Assembly (NCBI GenBank): GCA_034003345.1
Contig: JAVEYS010000007.1
Coordinates: 3,593-67,592, forward strand
Direction: 5' to 3'
DNA length: 64,000 bases
Source: Bacteroidales bacterium
GTDB lineage: Bacteria > Bacteroidota > Bacteroidia > Bacteroidales > VadinHA17
Below, one piece after another: positions 39,231 through 47,556 of the stretch (position 1 is the first letter of the stretch; each line of letters begins with the position of its first letter). Under the pieces are notes generated by a model. That model did no database searches, had not been told where the DNA came from, and was given only the letters and a program-made list of their open reading frames with translations. The position numbers were made by a program, and so were the translations under genes.

Positions 39231-40043
39231 ATGGAGATAAAAGATTATCCTACCGGAAGAACTGCCCTTTACCGTTTTGATGCCCCGGGGAATCCGAAGG
39301 CTTTAATTCTTCTTGTGCACGGTCTCGGCGAGCATGCCGGGAGATATGCCGGCTGGGCTGCAAGGTTTAATGAAAGAGGAGTGTCGATCCGTGCTTTTGA
39401 TCTTCCCGGTCACGGTAACTCAGAAGGCAGGCGAGGTGTGATATCATCACCAGAAAAGGTTTATGATACTGTTGACCGGATTTGCGGGGAGTTGACTTCG
39501 GAATTTCCCGGTGTGCCATTGTTCATTTACGGACACAGCCTTGGCGGAGGAGTAGTACTTAATTATCTTGTCAGGCGCAGGCCACAGTTGAGAGGAGCCA
39601 TAGTAACCTCACCATGGGTGATCCTCTCCGAAACGCCCTCAATGGTTAAAGTTGTTATTGCGAACATGGCAAAGAAGCTTCTTCCCGGAATGACACAGCC
39701 ATCGGGATTGAAGACCGAGTATCTGTCACGTGATAAGGAGGTTGTAGCTGCCTACCGGAGTGATCCGCTGGTTCACGGACTGATCTCGGCAGGACTCTTT
39801 GGGTGGATGACCGACGCTGCAGAAGAGACCTTGTCGCGTGCATCGGAGATAACCATTCCGCTTCTGCTGATGCACGGCCGAAATGATATGATCGTTTCCC
39901 CGTCGGGATCGTTGCAGGTTGCCGGATTGGTGCCAAATGTAACTCTGAAGTTATGGGATGAGGGTTATCACGAGCTGCATAATGACCTGATAAAGGATGA
40001 ACATTTCGACTTCATCGCTGAATGGATTGATACATTATTATAA
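39231..40043 (+). CDS. alpha/beta hydrolase (lysophospholipase / monoacylglycerol lipase-like)
   Basis: 270 aa. HGLGEH and the nucleophile elbow GHSLGG, with a C-terminal HEL-type His. Confidence 0.75.
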   Translation: MEIKDYPTGRTALYRFDAPGNPKALILLVHGLGEHAGRYAGWAARFNERGVSIRAFDLPGHGNSEGRRGVISSPEKVYDTVDRICGELTSEFPGVPLFIYGHSLGGGVVLNYLVRRRPQLRGAIVTSPWVILSETPSMVKVVIANMAKKLLPGMTQPSGLKTEYLSRDKEVVAAYRSDPLVHGLISAGLFGWMTDAAEETLSRASEITIPLLLMHGRNDMIVSPSGSLQVAGLVPNVTLKLWDEGYHELHNDLIKDEHFDFIAEWIDTLL

Positions 40044-40051
40044 TATGTAAA

Positions 40052-41029
40052 ATGGATCTCACGACCGGAGTACAGCTTCCCTCTTCATCAGCCTCCATCA
40101 CCTACTCCACGCCGGTGTTGTTTCTGGGATCATGCTTTGCTGGTGAGATCGGTTACCGTATGGCAGCCGGCAAGCTTAAGGTGATGACCAATCCCCATGG
40201 CACTTTGTTCAACCCCTTTTCAGTGGCCGGCGCACTTGACAGGTTCATCGCTCAAAAGGCCTACACACCTGATGACGTTTACCTGCATCAGAACCGTTAC
40301 ATGAGCCTTGATCATCACACCGCTTTCTCATCTTATGACCGTGATCTCCTTGTCAAAAGGCTTAATGATACCGGCAGAGCTGCTTCCTCATTTGTCAGGG
40401 AGGCCTCCTTCCTCTTTGTTACTTTCGGTACCTCATATGTCTACGCTCTGAGGAGCAGTGGTGCCATCGTCGCCAACTGCCACAAGCTGCCATCATCACT
40501 CTTTTCCCGTCGCCAGGCTTCCTGGTCAGAGATAGCAGCCAGATGGAGAGAGACCCTCGACCGCCTGTCAGAGCTGAACCCGGAGATGAAGATCTGGTTC
40601 ACTGTAAGTCCCGTGCGTCACCTGAACAACGGCGCTCATGAAAACCAGGTGAGCAAGGCACACCTGCTGCTGGCAGTGGATGAGCTTCTTTCGCATCCTT
40701 CGGTTGCGGGATATTTCCCCGCATATGAGATCTTTATGGATGAACTGCGTGATTACAGGTTCTATGCCCCTGACATGGTCCACCCGTCAGAAACCGCCAT
40801 AAATTACATATGGGAAAAATTTAGTTCCGTATTTATTGAGAGCCCCATACTGAGACTCTGGAACGAAGCCGCAAAAATAACACGCGCTATGGCACACCGC
40901 ATATCGGGAGGGCAACCCGAGACAGCTCCTTTTGCCACTGTCATGCTTCAGAAAATAAATGACCTGAAATCCAGAGCTCCTTATATGGACCTGACAGCAG
41001 AAGAGAAACACTTTCTGGCTCTTTTGTAA
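40052..41029 (+). CDS. GSCFA-domain protein
   Basis: 325 aa. Eponymous motif LGSCFAGEIG near the N-terminus. Confidence 0.75.
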   Translation: MDLTTGVQLPSSSASITYSTPVLFLGSCFAGEIGYRMAAGKLKVMTNPHGTLFNPFSVAGALDRFIAQKAYTPDDVYLHQNRYMSLDHHTAFSSYDRDLLVKRLNDTGRAASSFVREASFLFVTFGTSYVYALRSSGAIVANCHKLPSSLFSRRQASWSEIAARWRETLDRLSELNPEMKIWFTVSPVRHLNNGAHENQVSKAHLLLAVDELLSHPSVAGYFPAYEIFMDELRDYRFYAPDMVHPSETAINYIWEKFSSVFIESPILRLWNEAAKITRAMAHRISGGQPETAPFATVMLQKINDLKSRAPYMDLTAEEKHFLALL

Positions 41030-41051
41030 TAAAAATTCCTCAAAATAGTGA

Positions 41052-41077
41052 ACAAAACAAACACCTCTTTGTTTTGT
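41052..41077 (+). terminator. hairpin downstream of the GSCFA gene (possible terminator)
   Basis: 10-bp stem ACAAAACAAA/TTTGTTTTGT with a 6-nt loop. The 3' arm is itself U-rich. Confidence 0.4.
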
Positions 41078-41196
41078 GTAAGAAATGCCTAACATTACGA
41101 GATAATAGTGTTTCCCGGACAACATATCAACAAATTAGAAAGCAATAGAGTTCTCTCGCTTTGCGTAATAACCTGTAATAACTTATTATTTTATAA

Positions 41197-43593
41197 ATGA
41201 TGAAAAGATACCAGTCTATACTACTTGCATTGCTAATATCTGCCGGTCTCTCAGGACAATCAGGCGGAGGAACCGTTCGCGGCCAGGTAGTTGATGCAAC
41301 AACCAATGAGCCTGTACCCTTTGCCAGCGTGGTGATATGGAATACCACCATCGGTGCAATGACCGACTTCGACGGTTACTTCACCTTTACAGGATTAAAG
41401 CCTGGCTTCGTGGAGGTAAGGGTCTCATCAGTAGGTTACAAGCCATATATAACTGAGGGAGTAATGGTTACCAATAATAATGAGGTTAACCTTACCATAC
41501 CCCTTCAGACCACTGTTGTTGAGGTGGAAGATGTAATTGTGAAGCCCTCTCCCTTCCGCAAGTCTATTGAGAGTCCCATATCTGCCAGAATAATAAGTAT
41601 ACAGGAGATAGAGCTGAACCCGGGAGGAAACCGGGACATATCACGTGTGATACAGTCTTTCCCGGGTGTTGCATCCACACCTGCCTTCAGGAATGATGTC
41701 ATTGTCAGGGGCGGCGGGCCCAATGAGAACAGGTTTTTTATTGACAATGTAGAGATCCCATATCTGAATCATTTTTCTACCCAGGGATCGTCGGGCGGGC
41801 CAACAGGCATCATAAACGTAGACTTTGTCAGATCAGTAGATTTTCTTTCCGGTGCCTTTCCGGCATCACGTGGCAATGCTCTGAGTTCTGTGATGGATTT
41901 CACGATGATAGACGGCAACAAAGAGAAGAGGTCACTGAAAGCCACCGTGGGGGCTTCTGACCTGGGACTTACATTCAATGGGCCCACGGGGGAGCGCAGT
42001 TCAATAATTGTCTCTGTGCGAAGATCATATTTGCAGTTCCTGTTCGGTGTGATTGGGCTCCCCTTTTTACCGACATATACAGACTTCCAGTTCAAGTATA
42101 AGGTGAAGTTTGATCAGAAAAATGAGCTTACAGTGCTTGGACTGGGGGCAAAAGACGACTTCAGACTTAATCTTGATGCAAACGAGACAGAGTATCAGCG
42201 TTATATCCTGGGGTATATTCCGACGCAGGAGCAATACAGCTATACAGTTGGTGCCGTCTACAGACATTTCCGCTCCAACGGATCTGACATGCTGGTTCTT
42301 AGTCGCAATTATCTTAATAATACCCAGTATAAGTACCTCAACAATGATGACTCTGATCCGGCCAACAAGACCTATGATTACCAGAGTGGTGAGGGGGATA
42401 TCCGTCTGAGGTATGAACGCACGGTTGTATTGCCAAATTCTTTCAGGGTGAGCTACGGAGCAGGCACTGATATGTCTCGGTACCGCAATGACACCTACAG
42501 GCAGTTCTTTGATGGTGGAGGTCTGCAGACGGAGCTGTACAATGCTAACCTGGTATTCTTTAAATATGCAGCCTTCGGGCAGGTAAGCCGTTCATTCATA
42601 GACGAGAAGCTGAGGCTATCCTTCGGACTGCGTACCGATGCCAACAGTTACTCGTCTGTTATGGCTAATCCGCTTACACAGATCTCACCGCGTTTTTCAG
42701 CATCATATTCTCTTACTGAGGGTATAAACCTCAATTTCAATCTAGGGCGCTATTATCAGCTCCCGCCATATACTGCTCTTGGACTCAGGGATAATGACGG
42801 CAACTTTATCAACAGGGATAACGGCCTGAAGTATATTGCTGCCGACCATGTTGTCGGAGGCCTTGAATTAGTGCCGGATGAGAGGCTGCAATTCACCCTG
42901 GAGGGTTTTTACAAGCATTACTCTGACTACCCCTTCTCTGTCGCCGACCAGGTACCGCTATCAACAAAGAGCGCAGGCTATGGAGTATTTGGTAACGAAG
43001 CACTTGTCTCAACAGCTGTCGGAAGAGCATACGGATTTGAACTGATGGGCCGGGCAAGGGATTTTGAAGGACTGAACATGGTCTTTTCATATACCTTTGT
43101 GAGAAGCGAGTTTGAGGGTTCCGGTGGCGATTATATACCAACGGCATGGGATAACAGACACCTCATCAGTGTCACTGCCACCAAGAGCATCGGGAAGAGC
43201 TGGGATGCCGGATTCCGGTGGAGATACGTCGGAGGGGCCCCGTATACACCCTTTGATCTGGACAGATCATCATACATTGATGCATGGAACGTGACAGGAC
43301 AGGGTTATCTCGACTATGACAGATTTAACAGTGAGAGACTGAAGGGCTTTAACCAGCTTGATATCAGGATTGACAAACAGTTCTATTTTGACAGATGGTC
43401 ACTGATGCTCTATCTGGATGTGCAGAATGTTCTCAATTATAAGGCCCAGCAGCCCGATATCCTGATTCTCCAGACTGATGCCGCCGGGGCTCCCCTTGTA
43501 AACCCCCTGGATACGGATCGTTACCTTCTTAAATTCATTCAGGGGGACGCAGGCACGGTCCTGCCAACAATAGGAATAATCATAGAAATCTGA
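41197..43593 (+). CDS. TonB-dependent receptor with N-terminal carboxypeptidase-regulatory-like domain
   Basis: 798 aa with a signal peptide. CarbopepD_reg-like VRGQVVDATTNEPVPFASVVI, a plug region, and a C-terminal beta-barrel ending in an aromatic-rich strand. Confidence 0.8.
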   Translation: MMKRYQSILLALLISAGLSGQSGGGTVRGQVVDATTNEPVPFASVVIWNTTIGAMTDFDGYFTFTGLKPGFVEVRVSSVGYKPYITEGVMVTNNNEVNLTIPLQTTVVEVEDVIVKPSPFRKSIESPISARIISIQEIELNPGGNRDISRVIQSFPGVASTPAFRNDVIVRGGGPNENRFFIDNVEIPYLNHFSTQGSSGGPTGIINVDFVRSVDFLSGAFPASRGNALSSVMDFTMIDGNKEKRSLKATVGASDLGLTFNGPTGERSSIIVSVRRSYLQFLFGVIGLPFLPTYTDFQFKYKVKFDQKNELTVLGLGAKDDFRLNLDANETEYQRYILGYIPTQEQYSYTVGAVYRHFRSNGSDMLVLSRNYLNNTQYKYLNNDDSDPANKTYDYQSGEGDIRLRYERTVVLPNSFRVSYGAGTDMSRYRNDTYRQFFDGGGLQTELYNANLVFFKYAAFGQVSRSFIDEKLRLSFGLRTDANSYSSVMANPLTQISPRFSASYSLTEGINLNFNLGRYYQLPPYTALGLRDNDGNFINRDNGLKYIAADHVVGGLELVPDERLQFTLEGFYKHYSDYPFSVADQVPLSTKSAGYGVFGNEALVSTAVGRAYGFELMGRARDFEGLNMVFSYTFVRSEFEGSGGDYIPTAWDNRHLISVTATKSIGKSWDAGFRWRYVGGAPYTPFDLDRSSYIDAWNVTGQGYLDYDRFNSERLKGFNQLDIRIDKQFYFDRWSLMLYLDVQNVLNYKAQQPDILILQTDAAGAPLVNPLDTDRYLLKFIQGDAGTVLPTIGIIIEI

Positions 43594-43734
43594 TAAAATG
43601 AAATGCCAATCTTACCGGACATACAACCGGGATTGCGGGCTCAACGCCGCCGGATTCAATAATTATAAATTCAAAAACATGGATATTTTGTCTCTATCGG
43701 GACAAGCAGCTATACCTTATTCATTAATTATTAA

Positions 43735-44493
43735 ATGATGAAAGAAATGAAATATATTATAATAGTTTTCATGGTTGTTCTAGCCTCATGTTCCTCCTCT
43801 CCCTCCGCTACAAAGCTGGCTCAGAGGCAGACCTTTACCGATATTGTCACCAACACGGCAGGCACCGGCCAGGAGATAGAGGTGAAGTTTTACGGAGGAC
43901 CCTCGCTCTATTATCCACTAATGGCTGTATGGCTTGAGGATGATCAGGGTGATTTTATACAGAGCCTGTTTGTGCCCAGATCTGTAGCTACGGGCATCTT
44001 CAGGTTTGGCTCAAATGCAGCAGGCAGGTGGGTTGAAGCAGCTAAACGCGCTCCTCAGACTCTCCCTTACTGGTCGCACAAGCGTGGCATCATAGCTGAT
44101 GACGGCCTTTATATGCCTGACCCTGAGAACCCGGTGGCTGATGCATACAGCGGTGCAACGCCAACAACCAGCTTTGTGCTTAAATCAAAGGCTGACAGGC
44201 CGCTGCCCTCAAGGTTCAGGGTGATGTTCGAGGTGAACCAGAACTGGGACTGGAATGAATACTGGACGAATGACAAATATCCGGGCGATAAGAACTACCT
44301 GTTCAACGCCCAGCCGGCAGTAGTATATGAAAGCAGCGTTGATCTTGACAGCCTTCGCGAAAGATATGTCATGAAGCCTGTGGGTCACAGTCATCCGACA
44401 GGAGCCACAGGAGAACTCTTCACAGATATTAGCACCCTTACAACTGCACTTCAGATAGCTGACTCGGTGGTAGTCCGGATAATCCCGGAATGA
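43735..44493 (+). CDS. hypothetical lipoprotein (possibly DUF2271-like)
   Basis: 252 aa. Lipobox VLASC. Immediately downstream of the TonB-dependent receptor. Family assignment is tentative. Confidence 0.5.
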   Translation: MMKEMKYIIIVFMVVLASCSSSPSATKLAQRQTFTDIVTNTAGTGQEIEVKFYGGPSLYYPLMAVWLEDDQGDFIQSLFVPRSVATGIFRFGSNAAGRWVEAAKRAPQTLPYWSHKRGIIADDGLYMPDPENPVADAYSGATPTTSFVLKSKADRPLPSRFRVMFEVNQNWDWNEYWTNDKYPGDKNYLFNAQPAVVYESSVDLDSLRERYVMKPVGHSHPTGATGELFTDISTLTTALQIADSVVVRIIPE

Positions 44494-44521
44494 GTGGTTA
44501 TGAATTATTCCCGCAAAAAAA

Positions 44522-44700
44522 ATGCAGGTAGGGCGCAGGCGATATACAACCGCCAGGGCAGTTCAGTGATAAGTCGCCTGTAACATTGACGATGGAGGGT
44601 GAAGGCGATATACAACCGCCAGGACAGTTCAGTGACAAGTTGCCCGTAACAATGACAATGGAGGGTGAAGGAGATATACAACCGGTAAGAGAGTTCAGAA
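44522..44700. repeat. 66-nt tandem repeat, about 2.6 copies
   Basis: Units at 44538-44603 and 44604-44669 differ at 6 of 66 positions. A partial third unit starts at 44670 and a degenerate partial unit lies upstream. Confidence 0.9.
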
Positions 44701-44761
44701 AAAATTCAAACAAGATAAATTAAGGTATTTACCGTAAGGTCAGGTATGCTAAACATTACAT

Positions 44762-45652
44762 TCAGAGCGTGTCTACCCATTCCGGCAGACCGGCAGGGGA
44801 GCAGACAGCTGTTGTTTTGCCATTGCTCCATGAGCCGCTGCTGTCATATCTGCCCAGCACAATAATCTTCTTAAGATTAAACTTACTCGCCAGTTCACCG
44901 CAGAATAACCTGACCTGCTCATCGGGCTCTGAAGCCGGGAGATTTAGTGCAAGTATGGTAAAGGGTCTTACCGAGTGGATCCCATTCAGGTCATCTGCTG
45001 AAAGTGTTCCTTCAGTGTAGACAACATCATTTCCTCTCTTTCTGATGAGGTATTTAAGAAAAATAAGATTGCTTTCACTGTCGGAATCACCAAGGTTGAT
45101 TATGGCTACACTCTTACCATTTACCGGGGTCTCAAGAGTCATGTCCTCATATATAAGGATCGTTTTTATGATATGTCTTATAAATTGTTCCTGGGGCCTT
45201 GAGATGCCATCTGTCAGCCACAGTGTACGCGCTTTCTGTATCAGCGGGTAAAACACCTGAAGATATGCTTCAGTCAGGCCTCTTTCCCTGACAAAATGGC
45301 TGAGTTTTTGCCTGAACTCTTCTTCGCTGAAACGCAGTGCAGACATGATCAGATCACCGGGACTGAAGGAGCCATCGCTCAGCAGATCCACTTCACCTGT
45401 CTTCAGTACTTCCCGCAGCAACTCACTGTCACTCAGCCGTGCGATCTTTGAGATCTTCATCCCATTGCGGTTAAGAATGGCTATCGTGATGAGCTTCTTC
45501 AACTCATCTTCTGTATAGTGTCTTATATTTGAAATGCTTCTCTCGGGTGTAAGAATCCCGTACCTCTTCTCCCACATTCTGATTGTATGGGCTTTTATTC
45601 CACAAAAGTTTTCAAGATCCTTTATGGAGTATGTCGTGCTTCCTGCATTCAT
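44762..45652 (-). CDS. MerR-family transcriptional regulator with a C-terminal B12-binding-domain-like module
   Basis: MerR HTH: YSIKDLENFCGIKAHTIRMWEKRYGIL. The C-terminal Rossmann-like part lacks an obvious DxHxxG motif. The TTG 45661 extension was trimmed to ATG 45652. Confidence 0.65.
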   Translation of the reverse strand: MNAGSTTYSIKDLENFCGIKAHTIRMWEKRYGILTPERSISNIRHYTEDELKKLITIAILNRNGMKISKIARLSDSELLREVLKTGEVDLLSDGSFSPGDLIMSALRFSEEEFRQKLSHFVRERGLTEAYLQVFYPLIQKARTLWLTDGISRPQEQFIRHIIKTILIYEDMTLETPVNGKSVAIINLGDSDSESNLIFLKYLIRKRGNDVVYTEGTLSADDLNGIHSVRPFTILALNLPASEPDEQVRLFCGELASKFNLKKIIVLGRYDSSGSWSNGKTTAVCSPAGLPEWVDTL

Positions 45653-45794
45653 CTCTCTCAATGTTACTTGCTGAATTTATATAACAAACTGTGAGCAAAA
45701 AAGTTTAGGATTACTGCTGTTCAGGCATTGAGGAAGCTCCAAACAGCTTTACCATAATGTAAAAAAGTCGTAAATTCGCAGTTCATTGGATTTT

Positions 45795-47039
45795 ATGAAG
45801 GAGCTACAGAGCGTAAAACAGAGGTTTGGGATAATAGGTAATCATGAGGGACTGAACAGGGCTATTGACATCGCTGTTCAGGTAGCACCGACGGATCTCT
45901 CTGTGCTTATTTCCGGGGAGAGTGGCACCGGCAAGGAGGTATTTCCGCAGGTGATACATACCTTTAGCCTGCGCAAGCACGGGTCTTATATCGCTGTCAA
46001 CTGCGGGGCCATCCCTGAGGGTACCATTGATTCAGAACTGTTCGGGCATGAGAAAGGAGCATTTACCGGAGCCACCGACAGCCGTAAGGGTTACTTTGAA
46101 GTCGCCGACGGTGGCACAATCTTTCTTGACGAAGTGGCAGAACTGCCGCTCTCAACACAGGTGAGACTGCTGAGAGTGCTCGAATCAGGCGAGTTCATCA
46201 GGGTGGGCTCATCAAAAGTACAGAAGACTAATGTCAGAGTCATTGCTGCTACCAATATTGATATTATTCAGGCAATTGCCTCGGGCCGGTTTCGTGAAGA
46301 TCTTTTCTACAGGCTTAATACAGTACCTATTAGGATACCTGCACTGCGAGAGAGGGGCGAAGATATAATCCTCCTGTTTCGCAAATTCTCAGTTGATTTT
46401 GCGGAGCGTTACCGAATGCCTGCCATAAGACCTGACAGTCAGGCCAGGGAGATGCTGCTCCATTTTTACTGGCCCGGTAATGTCAGACAGCTAAAAAACA
46501 TTACCGAACAGATATCCGTTATTGAACAGGAACGTGAGGTCACTGCTCCTATACTGGCACATTACCTGCCTGATTCCCATGAAAGACGCCTTCCGGTCCC
46601 TGTAAGAGCACCAGAGGGCAAAGGGTTCAACTCCGAACGGGAGATCCTGTACAAGGTTCTTTTTGACATGAAGAGCGACATGCATGACCTGAAGAACCTT
46701 GTCTTCGACCTGCTCAATGCCGGCGGTGAACCGGGCAATCTGACAGAGAGTGGTGTAAAGGCCATGCGTAACCTGTATAATGACACCGATATACCTAAGG
46801 AGACATTTGAACCGTCGCAACCAGTACAGGTAGGATATGGCCCAGCAAGAGCGAACAGGGTAATAGAGGATACCGAAGAGGTAATAGAAGAATCTCTTTC
46901 GCTTACTGACCGTGAAAAGGAACTTATCATAAAAGCGCTTGACAAGAATAATGGCAAGAGGAAACTCGCTGCTGCTGAACTGGGTATCTCCGAGAGAACG
47001 TTATACAGGAAAATAAAGGAGTATGGTCTTGATGCATAG
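45795..47039 (+). CDS. sigma-54-dependent transcriptional activator (AAA+ and HTH only, no N-terminal sensory domain)
   Basis: GESGTGKE Walker A, the GAFTGA sigma-54 contact loop, and a C-terminal Fis-type HTH (AAAELGISERTLYRKIKEYGL). The AAA+ domain begins about 10 aa from the N-terminus. Confidence 0.85.
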   Translation: MKELQSVKQRFGIIGNHEGLNRAIDIAVQVAPTDLSVLISGESGTGKEVFPQVIHTFSLRKHGSYIAVNCGAIPEGTIDSELFGHEKGAFTGATDSRKGYFEVADGGTIFLDEVAELPLSTQVRLLRVLESGEFIRVGSSKVQKTNVRVIAATNIDIIQAIASGRFREDLFYRLNTVPIRIPALRERGEDIILLFRKFSVDFAERYRMPAIRPDSQAREMLLHFYWPGNVRQLKNITEQISVIEQEREVTAPILAHYLPDSHERRLPVPVRAPEGKGFNSEREILYKVLFDMKSDMHDLKNLVFDLLNAGGEPGNLTESGVKAMRNLYNDTDIPKETFEPSQPVQVGYGPARANRVIEDTEEVIEESLSLTDREKELIIKALDKNNGKRKLAAAELGISERTLYRKIKEYGLDA

Positions 47040-47547
47040 GATTACCAGGATAGTGTTGCCTCTGGCACTGCTTTTTATTGCGGTTGGTTGCGGAGTGAAG
47101 ATTAAATACTCCTTTACCGGTGCCTCCATACCTGTTGAGGCGAAGACCATCAGTGTGGCAACATTTCAGAACAGGGCCAGCCTGGTACAGCCGGGACTGA
47201 CCCAGACACTGACAGATGCGCTCATTGACAGGTGCAATGTACAGACAAACCTTAATATAGTTTCTTCGGGAGGCGATCTGAGCTTCGAGGGTGAGATAAC
47301 CGATTACAAGACACAACCACTGACCATCAGCAGTGATGAGCAGGCAGCTATGAACCGCTTCTCTATTACCATCAGAGTCAAGTATGTGAACAGCTTTAAT
47401 ACAGACAACAGTTATGAACAGACCTTCACAAGATATCAGGACTACGACAGTACACTTGATCTGAGCTCTGTGGAATCAGAACTGACAGATGAGATAGTGG
47501 AGATGCTTGTGGAGGATATCTTTAACAGGGCTTTTGTCAACTGGTAA
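47032..47547 (+). CDS. lptE: LptE-like LPS-assembly lipoprotein
   Basis: About 171 aa. MHRITRIVLPLALLFIAVGC lipobox. Size and position between the sigma-54 activator and secG match the usual Bacteroidota arrangement. The alternative start is at 47023. Confidence 0.5.
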   Translation: MHRITRIVLPLALLFIAVGCGVKIKYSFTGASIPVEAKTISVATFQNRASLVQPGLTQTLTDALIDRCNVQTNLNIVSSGGDLSFEGEITDYKTQPLTISSDEQAAMNRFSITIRVKYVNSFNTDNSYEQTFTRYQDYDSTLDLSSVESELTDEIVEMLVEDIFNRAFVNW

Positions 47548-47556
47548 GAGCGGCTT

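Noticed and set aside
44522-44700. Possible mini CRISPR array (regularly spaced repeats in an intergenic region).
   Set aside because: The whole 66-nt unit repeats, including what would be the spacer, so there are no unique spacers. There are no cas genes in the window, and the unit lacks a typical 28-37-nt repeat structure.
47041-47065. TGGCAC hexamer near the start of the LptE-like gene.
   Set aside because: It lies inside the signal-peptide coding sequence (LPLALLFIAVGC) and has no correctly spaced -12 element.
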